NCBI GenBank assembly: GCA_951406725.2
Contig: OX597823.1
Location: 4,836,001 to 4,900,000, forward strand
DNA: 64,000 bases
Direction of reading: 5' to 3'
Origin: Octopus vulgaris
Lineage: Eukaryota
Made by a program: the position numbers and the translations under genes. Shown here one piece after another: positions 25,657 through 38,420 of this stretch (position 1 is its first letter; each line of letters begins with the position of its first letter). Below the pieces are notes generated by a model. That model made no database searches, was not told where the DNA came from, and saw only the letters and a program-made list of their open reading frames with translations.

Positions 25657-26375
25657 TCGATAGCTGTAGTCAATATATATCTATATATATATATACATAG
25701 TCAGTGGTGTTGGAGGAGAAAACAGAAATATTAGAATGTTAGACTGAATGTTTAAATTTACCTGGTTCAAAATCTGTTTTGAGTTCAAATTCTTCTGTTT
25801 GTGATGATCTCATGTATTTTACACTCATGTAAAGAAAAAAATGTACCAGTAATATCCAGTAATTGATTCAATTGATTGTACTCTACTCTTTAAAAATAAA
25901 AAAAAGGTCATTTGCTCAGGTTAAAGCATCAACCCTGGACATTATGGTTTTGAGTCCTAGGACTAAGACACATAGGGCTGACTACCCAGTTCCCATGGAG
26001 TATAAGTGACTGAGATTATAATATTCTCTTACAAAGGAACACCAGTCCACTGTAGGGGGAACTCATATTTACGGCAGAGTGGACTGGAGCAATGTGAAAA
26101 GTAATATTTTGCTCAAAAATACAGTGCATTGCCTGGTCTGGGAATTGAAACCACAATCTTGCAGTTATGAGTGCAATACCCTAACCACTAGACCATTTGC
26201 CTTTGCTGAAAGAATATATTAGTAAACCTTGGTAGGATTTGAACTCAGAACACAAAAATCTGGAACGATTACTGGAAAGTAGCTTATTCAATCTTCTAAC
26301 AACTCAGCCAATTGATTGATTGCCTTATTATCATTCTTTTTATTAATATATTCTTCTATACACAATCACACACAC

Positions 26376-26874
<499 letters not shown>

Positions 26875-27857
26875 AGCCTGTTGGATAGATTGTATTTGTT
26901 GTGTTTCAAAAGGCACAGAGCTATCACACATACTGTGCAACATTGATTCTGCCAGAAAATTATGTTAAGGGCATGCGTGTGTCTGAGGAATACCCAGCCA
27001 CTTATATGTTAATGCAGTTTGTCAAACAACTGAATTGTCATTGTTGAACAGTGAGGATCTACTACTATCAGAACCACTATCATCAATGCCACCACCATCA
27101 CCACCAACTCTAGAAATCAACATGATGATTCATTGCTGCTGCCACCACTACCGTCATCACTGCCACCTCCACATTCATCACTGCCGCCATTACCACCACC
27201 ATCACAATGACAATCACCATCACTCCAGTTGATTCAGTTTCATCTTTCCCTCTCCCGCCAGTCACCTTTATGGCATCTCACCTCCCTGACCCTGCACAAA
27301 ACATTTCACCCTGCAAACAATCCTCTGGAATTCTAGATCTGGTGAGGTGACCCTGTACCCAAGCATTTCCTGCAAACAATATCCCACAGATGTTTAAAGA
27401 CAAACCTCAACTGCATTACCCTTATTACTCTTGGAGGGGCCTACAAAGGTCAGGAATATTATCCTTACCATTATTCTTCTCCTGACTAACTTAGAAAATT
27501 ACACTCTACAGCTGTCTTTTAGAAATAATCTCAGCCTTGTGCTTAGTTTCAGAGAAATCGATACTTGGGTTTATCCACATATTTGCAATATTTACCAGTT
27601 CATGTTGAAGGGTTACATGCGATCTTATTACTATTGATATGGGTTTGGGTTTACTCTCGAGAGTGATTTAAAACATACAACATAATAATAATAATAATAA
27701 TAATAATAGTAATTGTAGTTGTAGTAATGATGATGATGATTTTTATTTGCCACCAAGGCGATGGATGAGGGGGATAATACAAAGACAGACATAAAGTGTT
27801 GGGGATTAATATAGAATCGAATGACTTTCAAAAAAAAAAGAAATAAAATGTGAGAAT

Positions 27858-28009
27858 GGGTGTGTGGTTAAGAAGTTTGCATTGCAGCCAAGTGATTTTA
27901 GGTTCTGTCCCACTGCTTGGCACTTTGGGCAAATGTTTTCTTATACAGTCCTGGGTCAACTAATATTTTGTGAATGAATTTGGTAGACCGAACTGAGTGG
28001 AATCCTGTC

Positions 28010-28020
<11 letters not shown>
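27858..28020 (+). mobile_element. 5' half of a tRNA-derived SINE
   Basis: tgtgtggttaagaagtttgc...ggttctgtcccactg...ttgggcaaatg followed by (TG)n. Confidence 0.6.
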
Positions 28021-28090
<70 letters not shown>

Positions 28091-28210
28091 AAGTGTAGGA
28101 TTAATTTATAGAATGAAGTTCTACAAATCCAATGATATTTGTCAAAAATGGAGGAGATAAGATGTTAAAAAGTGGTAAGAAGTTTATTCATGCATACAAT
28201 TATTTCATAC

Positions 28211-28612
28211 CATCATAATCATCATCATTGTTTAACGTCCGTTTTCCATGCTGGCATGGGTTGGACAGTTTGACTGAGGTCTGGAGATCCAGTGGCTGCA
28301 CCAGGCTCAGATCTGATCTGACAATGTTTCTACAGCTGGATGCTCTTCCTCATGCTAACTATTCCAAGAGTGTAGTAGGCAGTTTTTACGTGCCACCGGC
28401 ACAGGAGGCAGTCAGGTGGGCCTGGCATCAATCACATTCAGATAGTGCTTTTTACGTGTCACCGGCATGGGAGCCAGTTGAGGCACTGGCATCGACCATG
28501 TTCAGATGGTGCTTTTTACGCGCCACTGGCATGGAAGCCAGTCAGGCATTGCCTCTGTGAGGTCCAACATTTGAAGGTCATGCTTCACCACCTCATCCCC
28601 TGTCTTCCACAA
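28211..28612 (-). mobile_element. RTE 3' UTR copy
   Basis: (CAT)n followed by the reverse complement of the RTE UTR with gtgctttttacg units. Confidence 0.8.
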
Positions 28613-28732
28613 TTTGTGGTTCAATAATTGATATAACTCCCATCACTATCACACTTAGATAGGAACAGATAAACATGAAACTCATAGATCCAACTTCCCT
28701 GCTCTTTTTTAAAGTTCCTAATATTTTTTCTC

Positions 28733-28804
28733 TGCACTGATGAGTACTATGATATTTGCAAATTCTAAAATGATTTATATCTATGTACGAAATGATTGTA
28801 TGCA
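28733..28804 (+). ncRNA. Type I hammerhead ribozyme motif
   Basis: TGCA-CTGATGA-GTAC...GTAC-GAAA-TGATTG-TA-TGCA; canonical core, 4-bp stems I and II. Confidence 0.78.
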
Positions 28805-29072
28805 TGGATAAACTTCTTACCACTTTTTAACATCTTATCTCCTCCATTTTACACAAATATCATTGGATTTGTAGAACTTCTTTCCATAAATTAATCATAC
28901 ACTTAATATACTAATACTTCTTTTCATATCTTCACTAATTTACACCAGTAAATTCTCAGCAAAGTATGAAGAAACAACGTTAGAAATCTTTTTGGAAACC
29001 ACTCCAATTAAAGGATGAATCCACATTCAACCTTTTATGCACGTATATATGTGCATATGTATGTATGTGTAC

Positions 29073-29110
<38 letters not shown>

Positions 29111-29161
29111 ATGTATATTTGTATAAGTATATATATATGAATATTTGTTATAATATCCTAA

Positions 29162-29202
<41 letters not shown>

Positions 29203-29205
<3 letters not shown>

Positions 29206-30025
29206 CTCCGTTGGATGTGTAATGTCAGTGTTCATACCAGACAGAGTGTAAGTGCCTTGAGAGAAAAGTTGGACCTAAGAAGCATCAGATGTGGTGTGGC
29301 AAGAGAGGCGTCTATGCTGGTATGGACACGTAGTAAGAATGGATGAAGATAGTTGTGTGAAAAAGTGCCACACCCTGGCGGTTGAGGGAACCTGTGGAAG
29401 AGGCAGACCCAGGAAAACCTGGGACGAGGTGGTGAAGAACGACCTTTGCTCTTTAGGTCTCACCGAGGAAATGACCAGAGACCGAGACCTTTGGAAGTAT
29501 GGTGTGCGCGAGAAGACCCAGCTGGACAAGTGAGGCCATAACCCTTGGCCCCTACCTGGGACGTAGTCAGTCCACCTATGCATACCTTCCTTCTTGGGAC
29601 ACATAACTCTAACTTGTGAAGACCTGTTGAGGCAAGTGAAAATGGACAAAATGGACAAAATCAAAAGCAAACTCGATGAATATTAATGGAATTTGTAGTT
29701 TTGTGGTACCAGTGCCGGTGGCACATACGAAAACCTTCCGAACGTGGCCGTAGCCAGTACTGCATTGACTGGCCTCCGTGCTGGTGGCACGTAACAAACA
29801 CCATCCGATCGTGGCCGTTCGCCAGCCTTGTCTGGCACCTGTGTCGGTGGCACATAAAATCACCCACTACACTCTCGGAGTGGTTGGCGTTAGGAAGGGC
29901 ATCCAGCTGTAGAAACACTGCCAGATCTGACTGGCCTGGTGCAGCCCATGGGCTTCCCAGACCCCAGTTGAACTGTCCAACCCATGCTAGCATGGAAAGC
30001 GAACGTTAAACAATGATGATGATGA
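29203..30025 (+). mobile_element. 5'-truncated RTE LINE, same family as 7196-8704
   Basis: Highly similar to 7905-8704; inserted in (TA)n. Confidence 0.93.
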
Positions 30026-30085
30026 TATATATATATATATACACGCTCTCACATATATATGTATGTATGTATATATGTACATACA

Positions 30086-30128
<43 letters not shown>

Positions 30129-31091
30129 AATGAAATATGTGACAATTATTTGGTAGCCATGATAAAACTCTGAGTTTCGGATACCGGGGTGGAAATCCAT
30201 GCTGCCATCTCTTAATTTATCCGGCCATCGGAAAAAATGCTATGAAAATGACTGTTAAAGGGAAATTACTGTGTGATTGACTGTTATTAAGACAAAAGAG
30301 CTAAGTGAGGGGAGGGAGTAAAAGTAAAGGAGTAAAAAGGTTCATAGTATTCGCATGAGCGCGCATGTCCATACCTACACATGTGCACCAGCACACCCAC
30401 GTACATGCGCCTAAAAGTATACCCTCATCCATCCTCACTTGAAACATACACATTCTCACCTGCACCATTCGCCAAATATATATATAACCCCCCCCACACA
30501 CACGCATCAAAAAGGTTCATACACACGTCTATATACGCACAAGCACAAGAAAAAACAGGGCTAAGGGTAACAATTCAGAAAAAAGGTGTAAGGGAGTATA
30601 AAAATAAACAATAAGAGTAAAGCACGTCCATATACGCACATACCCGTATGCACGCACACACACGTCTATAACATGCATACCCGCACATGTCTATATACGC
30701 ACACACGCGCACTAAAAAAGTTCATAAACACATCTATATGCACACATACACAAGAAAAAACAGGGCTAAAGGCAAAAATACAGTAAAATGTGTAAAAAAA
30801 CAATGAGTAAAACACGTCAATATACGCACATACTCACATACTCGCACACATCCACGCGTGCAAAAAGGATTCCATATACACGTCTATATACACACAGGGA
30901 AAATGCAGAGTGGAAGGTAGAATACAGAAAAATTTTGTGTAAAAAATATATAAGCAATAAACCTATAAACAAATATCTCTATAAATATGTAAAAAAATAT
31001 ATGTATAAAAAAAATATATATATAAAAATATAAGTAAAAAAATATAAAGAGATAAAAAGCTTGTACGTGGACACAATATAGAAAGCAAGTT

Positions 31092-32226
31092 CTATCTGTA
31101 ATCTTGGGGAGACCAAAAACGTAAATATTTAGCCACTTGTGGGCATGATCGGAAAAGTTTAGTTTTTGAATTCAGACATGTAGCGGGGTCTAAGCTGCTT
31201 TTCCAGATGAGCCATCTTTCCATATCACATAGACCGCACTTTCCACTGCCGTTGGTGCAGGGCTTACACTTAGCTAAAATTTTCCAATGGATGTTGTAAC
31301 TGACACCTTTATCTTTTAAGGACCATATATGACTGGATAATTTGGTTGTTTTCCTTTTATCCCAGTGCCTGAAGCTCAAGGTGTGATTATTGAACCCGGC
31401 TTTGAAATTACCCTCTGTAAGGCCCATGTATTTCTTTGTCGAAACCGTGTCCTTAGTGGATATAGAGTCTATGGTGGCTTCATAAATGATGGTCTCAGAC
31501 ATGCAAGCTCCATTTAGCAGGCACAAATTTTTATCCCTGCATGGACAGCTGGTTTCGTATTTTTGTGTGTTGTGTGCGATTATATTTTTAAAATTGGTAG
31601 TTGAGCCAAAACTGATTTTTAAGTTATGTCTATTGAAGAGCTTTCTGTAAGTATGGTTGCCAGGAAAATGTCTATCTATCAGTGCTAAGAAATATTTGCC
31701 TATATTGAAGGTCACCTCGGGTGAGTAGGGGGTGTGAACCAGATAGTTTTCCTATTCCTATGTTTCTTCTTCTATATTATTGGACTTGTGGCAGGTGTAT
31801 AGGTTATTTCTTCGCTAAAACCGCTATCTTTTAGAGCCTTATTATATACTGGGGCAATGCTATTAAAAATGTCCCTGTTGGAGGAGAGGCTAGAAATTCT
31901 TTTCCTAATGTTTTTAACTAATTTTTAAACACTATAGGGGGATGGCAGGAACCCACATTAATATAACTAAGTCTATCATTGGGCTTCCTATAACGCTTAT
32001 AAATGTTCTTATTTAGATCTAAGGATGCATGACGTATGCTTCGCCATTTACAAAGATGATGCCCTTGCTTTAACCGCAAATACCAATGGACCAGCACAGG
32101 ATCAGTTTAGGAAGGACATTATCCATTTGATGAAAATCTTTGGACTTAGTATAACTCCAGACACCAACCTGATGGTTGTCAATTTCCTAGATCTATCCTT
32201 AGATCTAAATAATAAGAACATTTATG
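31092..32226 (-). mobile_element. Penelope-like element (RT C-terminus + GIY-YIG endonuclease), decayed, 5' part inverted
   Basis: ORF 31092-31715 with CPCRDKNLCLLNGAC, IIYEAT...YMGLTEGNFK, CGLCDME; RT motif IYKDD...VNFLDLSLDL on the + strand at 32025-32226. Confidence 0.88.
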
Positions 32227-32309
32227 CTGATGGCCTCATGTCTTTCCAAATGATACTGGAAACGAAATAGAAAAAAGAAGTATATAGTGACTTTTAGGAC
32301 ACCCTGTAT

Positions 32310-32353
<44 letters not shown>

Positions 32354-32418
32354 CTATGTATATATACAGGTGTGTGTGTGTGCGAGTATATATAAATAGA
32401 TAGAACTCTTGAACTAGT

Positions 32419-33320
32419 TTAGGATGAATTGCGACCATGCTGGGGCATTTGATGAATGAAGGAATTTGATGCTGCTGCCCTCGTCTGTAGTTCCTGCCGA
32501 GAGATAGGTTCATTCAGAATTCTTGACAGGAGGAGATCCAGTTTTGTTTTGAAGACCTCAACATACCCACCATGCAGGTCTCTCAGGCTTTTTGGAAGGA
32601 TATTGGAGAACTGTGAGCCCTTGAAACCCAAGCTGCTGCAGTATCTGGACCTGTATCTTGATGACAATGCTGGGATCTTTGGCATTATGCAGTGGCACCT
32701 GATTCTGCCGTTTCTGTAACTTTAAATGCCAAAGTTTGGTACAGGTCCTTCTAGGATTTTCCAGATGTATATCATTGCATATCTTTCCCGCCTTTGTTCT
32801 AGATTGCAGTCTTAACTTTTTCAGCTTTTCTCAGTAGCTGACACATTGAATTGAGATGATCTTCTTTGTGTAGCTTTGCTGGATTGCATTGAGTTCTGCT
32901 GTAAATTTTATACTGTGTGGTGAGCATGGTTGGGAGCAGCAGTAGTCTAAGCAGCTGTGGACATATATCCTCCAGAGGGCCATCATGGTTTCCTGTTCTG
33001 AAAGTTTGGATGATCCACCTGTCTACATTTTCTTTGCCAACTTAGTAATATGCACCTAGAAAGATGTATCATTACTCATGTCAATACCCAGGTTATTCAC
33101 TGATTTTGATTCAGGGATTGCAATCTTTCTTGGGCCATTGTATCATGTACGCATTTCATTCAGCTTTGTGTGCTGGTACCACAGGGCTTAGAATTTTCCA
33201 GCATTAAACTGCATGCTATTGTCCGCAGCCCACCTGTATATTGCTTCCAACTCCCATTGCAGGTGCACAATATTACCAGGGTTTTGTATCCTCTGAGAGA
33301 CTTTTGTATCATCTGCATAG
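32419..33320 (-). mobile_element. Degraded CR1/Jockey-group LINE 3' part
   Basis: Minus frames show a YADDTK-like motif near 33310 and C-terminal FKGSQFSNILPKSLRDL...FKTKLDLLL. Confidence 0.65.
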
Positions 33321-34588
33321 CTAGCAAGGGTGGCTATCTGAGCAATTGCTGCCAATGTTCATCTGGTACATATTTATCAACCTTGGTGGAATTTGAACTC
33401 AGAACATAAAGATGGACGAAATGCTACTAAGCATTTTGTCTGGCGTGCTAATGGTTCTGCTAGCTTACTGCCTTAAACAACAACGACAACAACAATAATA
33501 CTAATAAACAAAAAGAAAAAACCAAAAACACAACAACAAATGGAAGAAGGAAAAATGATGAAAAAAATTGTAAAGAAAATGGAAAACACAGAAAAAAATA
33601 AAGAAATGTAGATATTTTAATAAAGCTCAAATTTGTTGAGGGCCGACGTACATATAAGATGAAACAGAGTCGTTAAGTCTTCATGGAATAAATCACAAGA
33701 CAATTGACTCGGAGAAATGGAATGAGGAGTTGCTTGTTTGCCTCCTTTACTGGTGAGGTTGAAGGGTAAAGCCAGAAAACTTAAACGTCTTTTCTTTCTC
33801 CCATTTGGAAGTGTAAAATATCAAATTCTATTATGTTAAACATTCCACCAGGAATTACGGCAGTTTCAAATTTCAGGAACAGCAATTCTCTTTTTGTTGT
33901 TTTGATTTCAATGTTGATAGGTTCAGTACCTCTCCCTCCCTCCCCCCTTTCCCCCTCCCTTTCTCTTTGGTTTTATAAGCATATGCCATGAAATAGCGAA
34001 TAAACTGCTTATTTCTTCTTCTTTCCTCCTCATTCTTTCCTTTTTTATAATTTTTCTTTTTTGGGGATTTTCACCCAAATCTTTCGTCATTTACACATAT
34101 ATGTGTATATATGTGTGTGTGTGTGTGTACATGTATATATACCTGTATGTATAATGTACATACACACTTACATACATTTACGCACATATACATATACATA
34201 ATTGTGGCAAACCTTCCAACTGTTATCAATTGCACAATAGGTATTCACACATCATGTGATCACAAAAATAACTTCTCGCCCCTGTCAAGGTCGTCACCAT
34301 AATGGAGATTTTCTGGATTGCAATAGCTTTTAGGGGTGGGGGAAGTGACGCGCCCCTCCCCCAGGGGCTATTGTTTAGTCGGAAATGTAGAATTTCCTTG
34401 AAGAAAAATATACGAATGTGTGTATGTGTTAATTGGTATATATGTATGTGTGTTTGTATGTATGTGTGTGTATGTGTATCTGTATGCATGCATGTATGTA
34501 TATGTGTGTATCTATGTGTATATGTATTTATGTGTATGTATGCACATGTTTGTGAATATGTGTAAATATATATATATGTATATATATA

Positions 34589-34620
<32 letters not shown>

Positions 34621-34621
<1 letters not shown>

Positions 34622-34863
34622 CATCATCATCATTTAGCGTCCGTTTTCCATGCTAGCATGGGTTGGACGGTTCAACTGGGGTCTGTGAAGCCGGAAGGCT
34701 GCATCAGGCCCAGTCTGATCTGGCAGTGTTTCTACGGCTGGATGCCCTTCCTAACGCCAACCACTCCGCGAGTGTAGTGGGTGCTTTTTACGTGCCACTC
34801 GCACAGGTGCCAGACGGAGCTGGCAAACGGCCATGAACGGATGGTGCTTTTACGTGCCACCAG
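34621..34863 (-). mobile_element. RTE 3' UTR copy
   Basis: Reverse complement of the 2941-3190 type. Confidence 0.85.
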
Positions 34864-35989
34864 CAGTTAGATTTGTATAGATCTCTAATCTTTTTTCTAC
34901 TATATATATATATAATACTCACACACACACATAAATACACATATAATTATATACATATATAATGACATATACAATATACACATATAATTACTTATGTGTG
35001 TATATGTGTACATGCACACGCACACACATACACACACACACATGTAAGTACCTGTATGAATGCATGTGCATTTATGTGCCTACATGCATTGTGTCAGTTG
35101 AACTGCATGAAGTGATGGGAGAGGGTACCAATGGTAGTCGACAGCAACTAACTCAAAAGGGGGCTCAGTGAACTTCTAATGTCCGACACTCAATTTACAA
35201 TCACACACACGGTCTCAGGTTGTTTTGTCTATGGCATAAGGGAGTGTATGGTACTAACTAGCCCCCTTAGCCACTTGTGATTATAAGCTCAGGAGAATGA
35301 TGAAAGCCACAACAAAACAGAATGGAATCAGATATATGTATTTATGTATGTGTGTGTGTCTTTGCAGTTGTCCCCAAGCCTTGATGATTGCTGTTAATTT
35401 TTGTAAGTTCCAGTAACTTAGTGGTTTGACAATTAAAGACTGATAGAACAAGTCCCAAACAGCGAGTACTGGGGGGGAGGGGCTGCGATTTGTTCAGTTC
35501 TGAACCCTGTCAAGACTGAGCTTCAGTATGGCTGTAGTTTGATGACTGAAAGAAGAATAAATGGAAATTAAATGTCTCACCTTCTACAAAATTCTTTTCT
35601 GCTCTAGGCATAAGGCCTGAAATTTTGGTGGAGAGAGGGCTAGTCGATTAGATCAACTCCAGTACGCAACTGATACTTAATTTATCAACCCTGAAAGGAT
35701 GAAAGGCAAAGTCAACCTCGGCAGAATTTGAGCTCAGAACGTAAAGACAGATGAAATGCCGCTGATATTCCACTCAAGAGCTGTCATGTAGACACCCTGC
35801 ATGGCTGTGTGGTAAGAAGTTTGCTTCTCAAACACACGGTTTCTTGTTCAGTCCCACTCTGTGACTCCTTATGCAAGAGTTTTCTGTCAAAGCCCTGAGC
35901 CAACCCAAAGCCTTGTGAGTGGATTTGGTAGATAGAAACTGAAAGAAGCCTGTCACATGTATAAATATATATACATACATATTACATTC

Positions 35990-36410
35990 TTTTATTCTTT
36001 TACTTGTTTCAGCCATTTGACTGCAGCCATGCTGGAGCACCACCTTTCAGTTGAAGAAATCGACCCCAAGACTTATTCTTTGTAAGCCTGGTACTTATTC
36101 TATCGGTCTCTTTTGCCAAACTGGTAAGTTACAGGGACGTAAACACACCAACATCAGTTGTCAATCAATAGAGGGAAGACAAACACAGACACAAAGACAC
36201 ACACACACACGCACACACGCACACTCATATACACACACACGCATACTCATATATATGATGGGCTTTTTTCAGTTTCCGTCTACGAAATCCACTCACAAGG
36301 CATTGGTCGGCCTGAGGCTGTAGTAGAAAACATTTGTCCAAGGGGCCACGTAGTGGGACTGAACCTGGAACCATGTGGTTGGGAAGCAAGCTTCTTACCA
36401 CACAGCCACA
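35990..36410 (-). mobile_element. tRNA-derived SINE (near full length), with further SINE fragments at 35600-35960
   Basis: Reverse complement of the 56840-57240 family. Confidence 0.8.
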
Positions 36411-36762
36411 TCATCATCATCATTGTTTAACGTTCATCTTCCATGCGTACACGAGTTGGATGGTTCACAGGAGCTACCCTATGCTGCTGTGTTTTGTTAG
36501 GGTTTTGATGGCTGGATGTCCTTCCTAACACCAACTGCTCTGCAGAGTGGACTCAGAGCTTTTTACATAGCACTAGCACAGGCGAGGTTAGATTTGGCAT
36601 GATTTTTACAGCTGGATGCCCTTCCAAATGCCAACTACTTAACAATGTGAACTGGATGCTTTTTACATGGCACCAAGTAACTTGCAAGACAAGGAATTAT
36701 GAGAGGGGCAGGGGCATTTCAGGAGGGGAACACATGTCAAAGTATATGTGTGTCTATATATA

Positions 36763-37586
36763 CTAGCAAATCTACCCGTCTATGATGGAGGCATAAAATG
36801 AGGGAGGGAAGTCATAACAGCAATATGTATTGAGAAATGTGTAAATGGATTTGATAGATTACTGGGAAATCAGATTATTGTTGGTGATACAGCCATTTTA
36901 TTGCAGCTATATGATGTGTTTGCGACTAAGTGATTATGTGATGATGATTCATTCCTGAACTGAAATAGGCTCCCAGCCCCTGTATCATGAATGGTTATGT
37001 GGACCACTCCTAACGAAAGCCAGAACTTTCTTCGACCACCACATAAAAGGTATTAAGGAAACATCGATAATATCGATATGATTACAAAACTTCTTTGTAG
37101 ATGATATTTTCAGTTTGGTCGACACTAATTTTCAAATTACTGGAATCTGTTGCTCTGCTCATAGTGACATATAACTGGCCATGTGTAAACATCAGAGTGG
37201 GTAAGAATACACCTACACGATCTAAAGTCTGGCCCTGTGCCTTGCTTGCTGTGAATGCATGAGCAGAATCATGAGGAATCTGCTCATCTATAATGGCAAA
37301 TAAAGGGATAGCATTGCAAATCTAAACCTCTAAAGCTACAGACTTATACGGTGTGGAAATCCAGAATTAATCCTCATCACCGGAATTTTAACCAAAAAAA
37401 TCAAAGGCGATTATTAATACAAAACTCAATAATATCCACTAAATAATCATATTGTTTCACATTTTTTTGCTAAAAACCTTCCTGATTACCTCCTTTGTCA
37501 TCTCAAAAAACATCATGACCATTGGTCCAGCCATTTAACTGTGAAGCGGGAACAGACAGGCAGATATAATGCCTATTATAGTAAGA
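36763..37586 (-). mobile_element. Non-autonomous Helitron
   Basis: Minus strand A|TCTTACTATAAT 5' end, 3' CTAG|T with imperfect subterminal hairpin (plus cccgtc-tat-gatgg), internal helicase fragment. Confidence 0.85.
37082..37320 (-). pseudogene. Helitron PIF1-like helicase C-terminal fragment
   Basis: AFTASKAQGQTLDRVGVFLPTLMFTHGQLYVTMSRA...TENIIYKEVL* (SF1 motifs V-VI). Confidence 0.88.
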
Positions 37587-37808
37587 TGTGTACATAAATG
37601 TGTGTGTGAGTTTGTTGCTCCACTGCTTAACAGCTGGTGCTGGTGTGTTCAAGTCTCTGTAACTTAGCAGTTCAGCAAAAGACTGATAGAATAAACACCA
37701 GCCTTTAAAAAATAAATACTGGGGGTCATTTGCTCAATTAAACCCTTTCAAGGTGGTGCCCCATCATGGCCACAATTCTATGATTGAAACAAGTAAAAGA
37801 TAAATATA

Positions 37809-38420
37809 TTAGGTTGTCTGGAAAGTTCGTGCCGATTTTTAAAGGAAAGAAAAAGGTCAATAAATACTTGCCATTACATTTTTAATCAACCAAATATGAA
37901 CCATTTTGTTGCACAATGCGTCTCCATCTTTCCTTTAACTTGAAAATACCCTCTTCCCAGAATTGAGGTGGTTTCATGGCAAAGAATTCATCAACGTATC
38001 TTTTTATGTTATCCAAGGAATTGAAAGTTTTACCATTAAGACTATTCTGCAGAGACCTGAATAAGTGGAAATCCTAAGGAGTAAGGAATAAGTGGAAATT
38101 CTAGGTAATCCTAAGGAATAAGTGGAAATTCCTCTGGTGAATATGGAGGGTGGGGTAACACATCCCAGCCGAGCTGCAGCAATTTTTGTCTGGTTCCCAA
38201 AGCATCAAGTGCCGAAAATGAACTGTCTTATCTTCCATTTTAAAGGGTTACAGAATTAACACAGGTTATAAGAACATAAACCTTCTTCCATGAAAAGATA
38301 GCTTAAACTGTGCTCTAAATGGAGGTGTAGTCAAATCCCATTTTATGGACTCAACCATGTTCTTAAATAAGTCGAAAGGTAAGCTACTATAAATCGACAT
38401 GAACTTTCCGGACAACCCAA
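37809..38420 (-). mobile_element. Internally deleted mariner element with both TIRs
   Basis: TA|TTAGGTTGTCTGGAAAGTTC ... GAACTTTCCGGACAACCCAA|TA; minus frames MEDKTVHFRHL, LGWDVLPHPPYSP, HLFRSLQNSLNGK...ERWRRIVQQNGSY. Confidence 0.92.
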
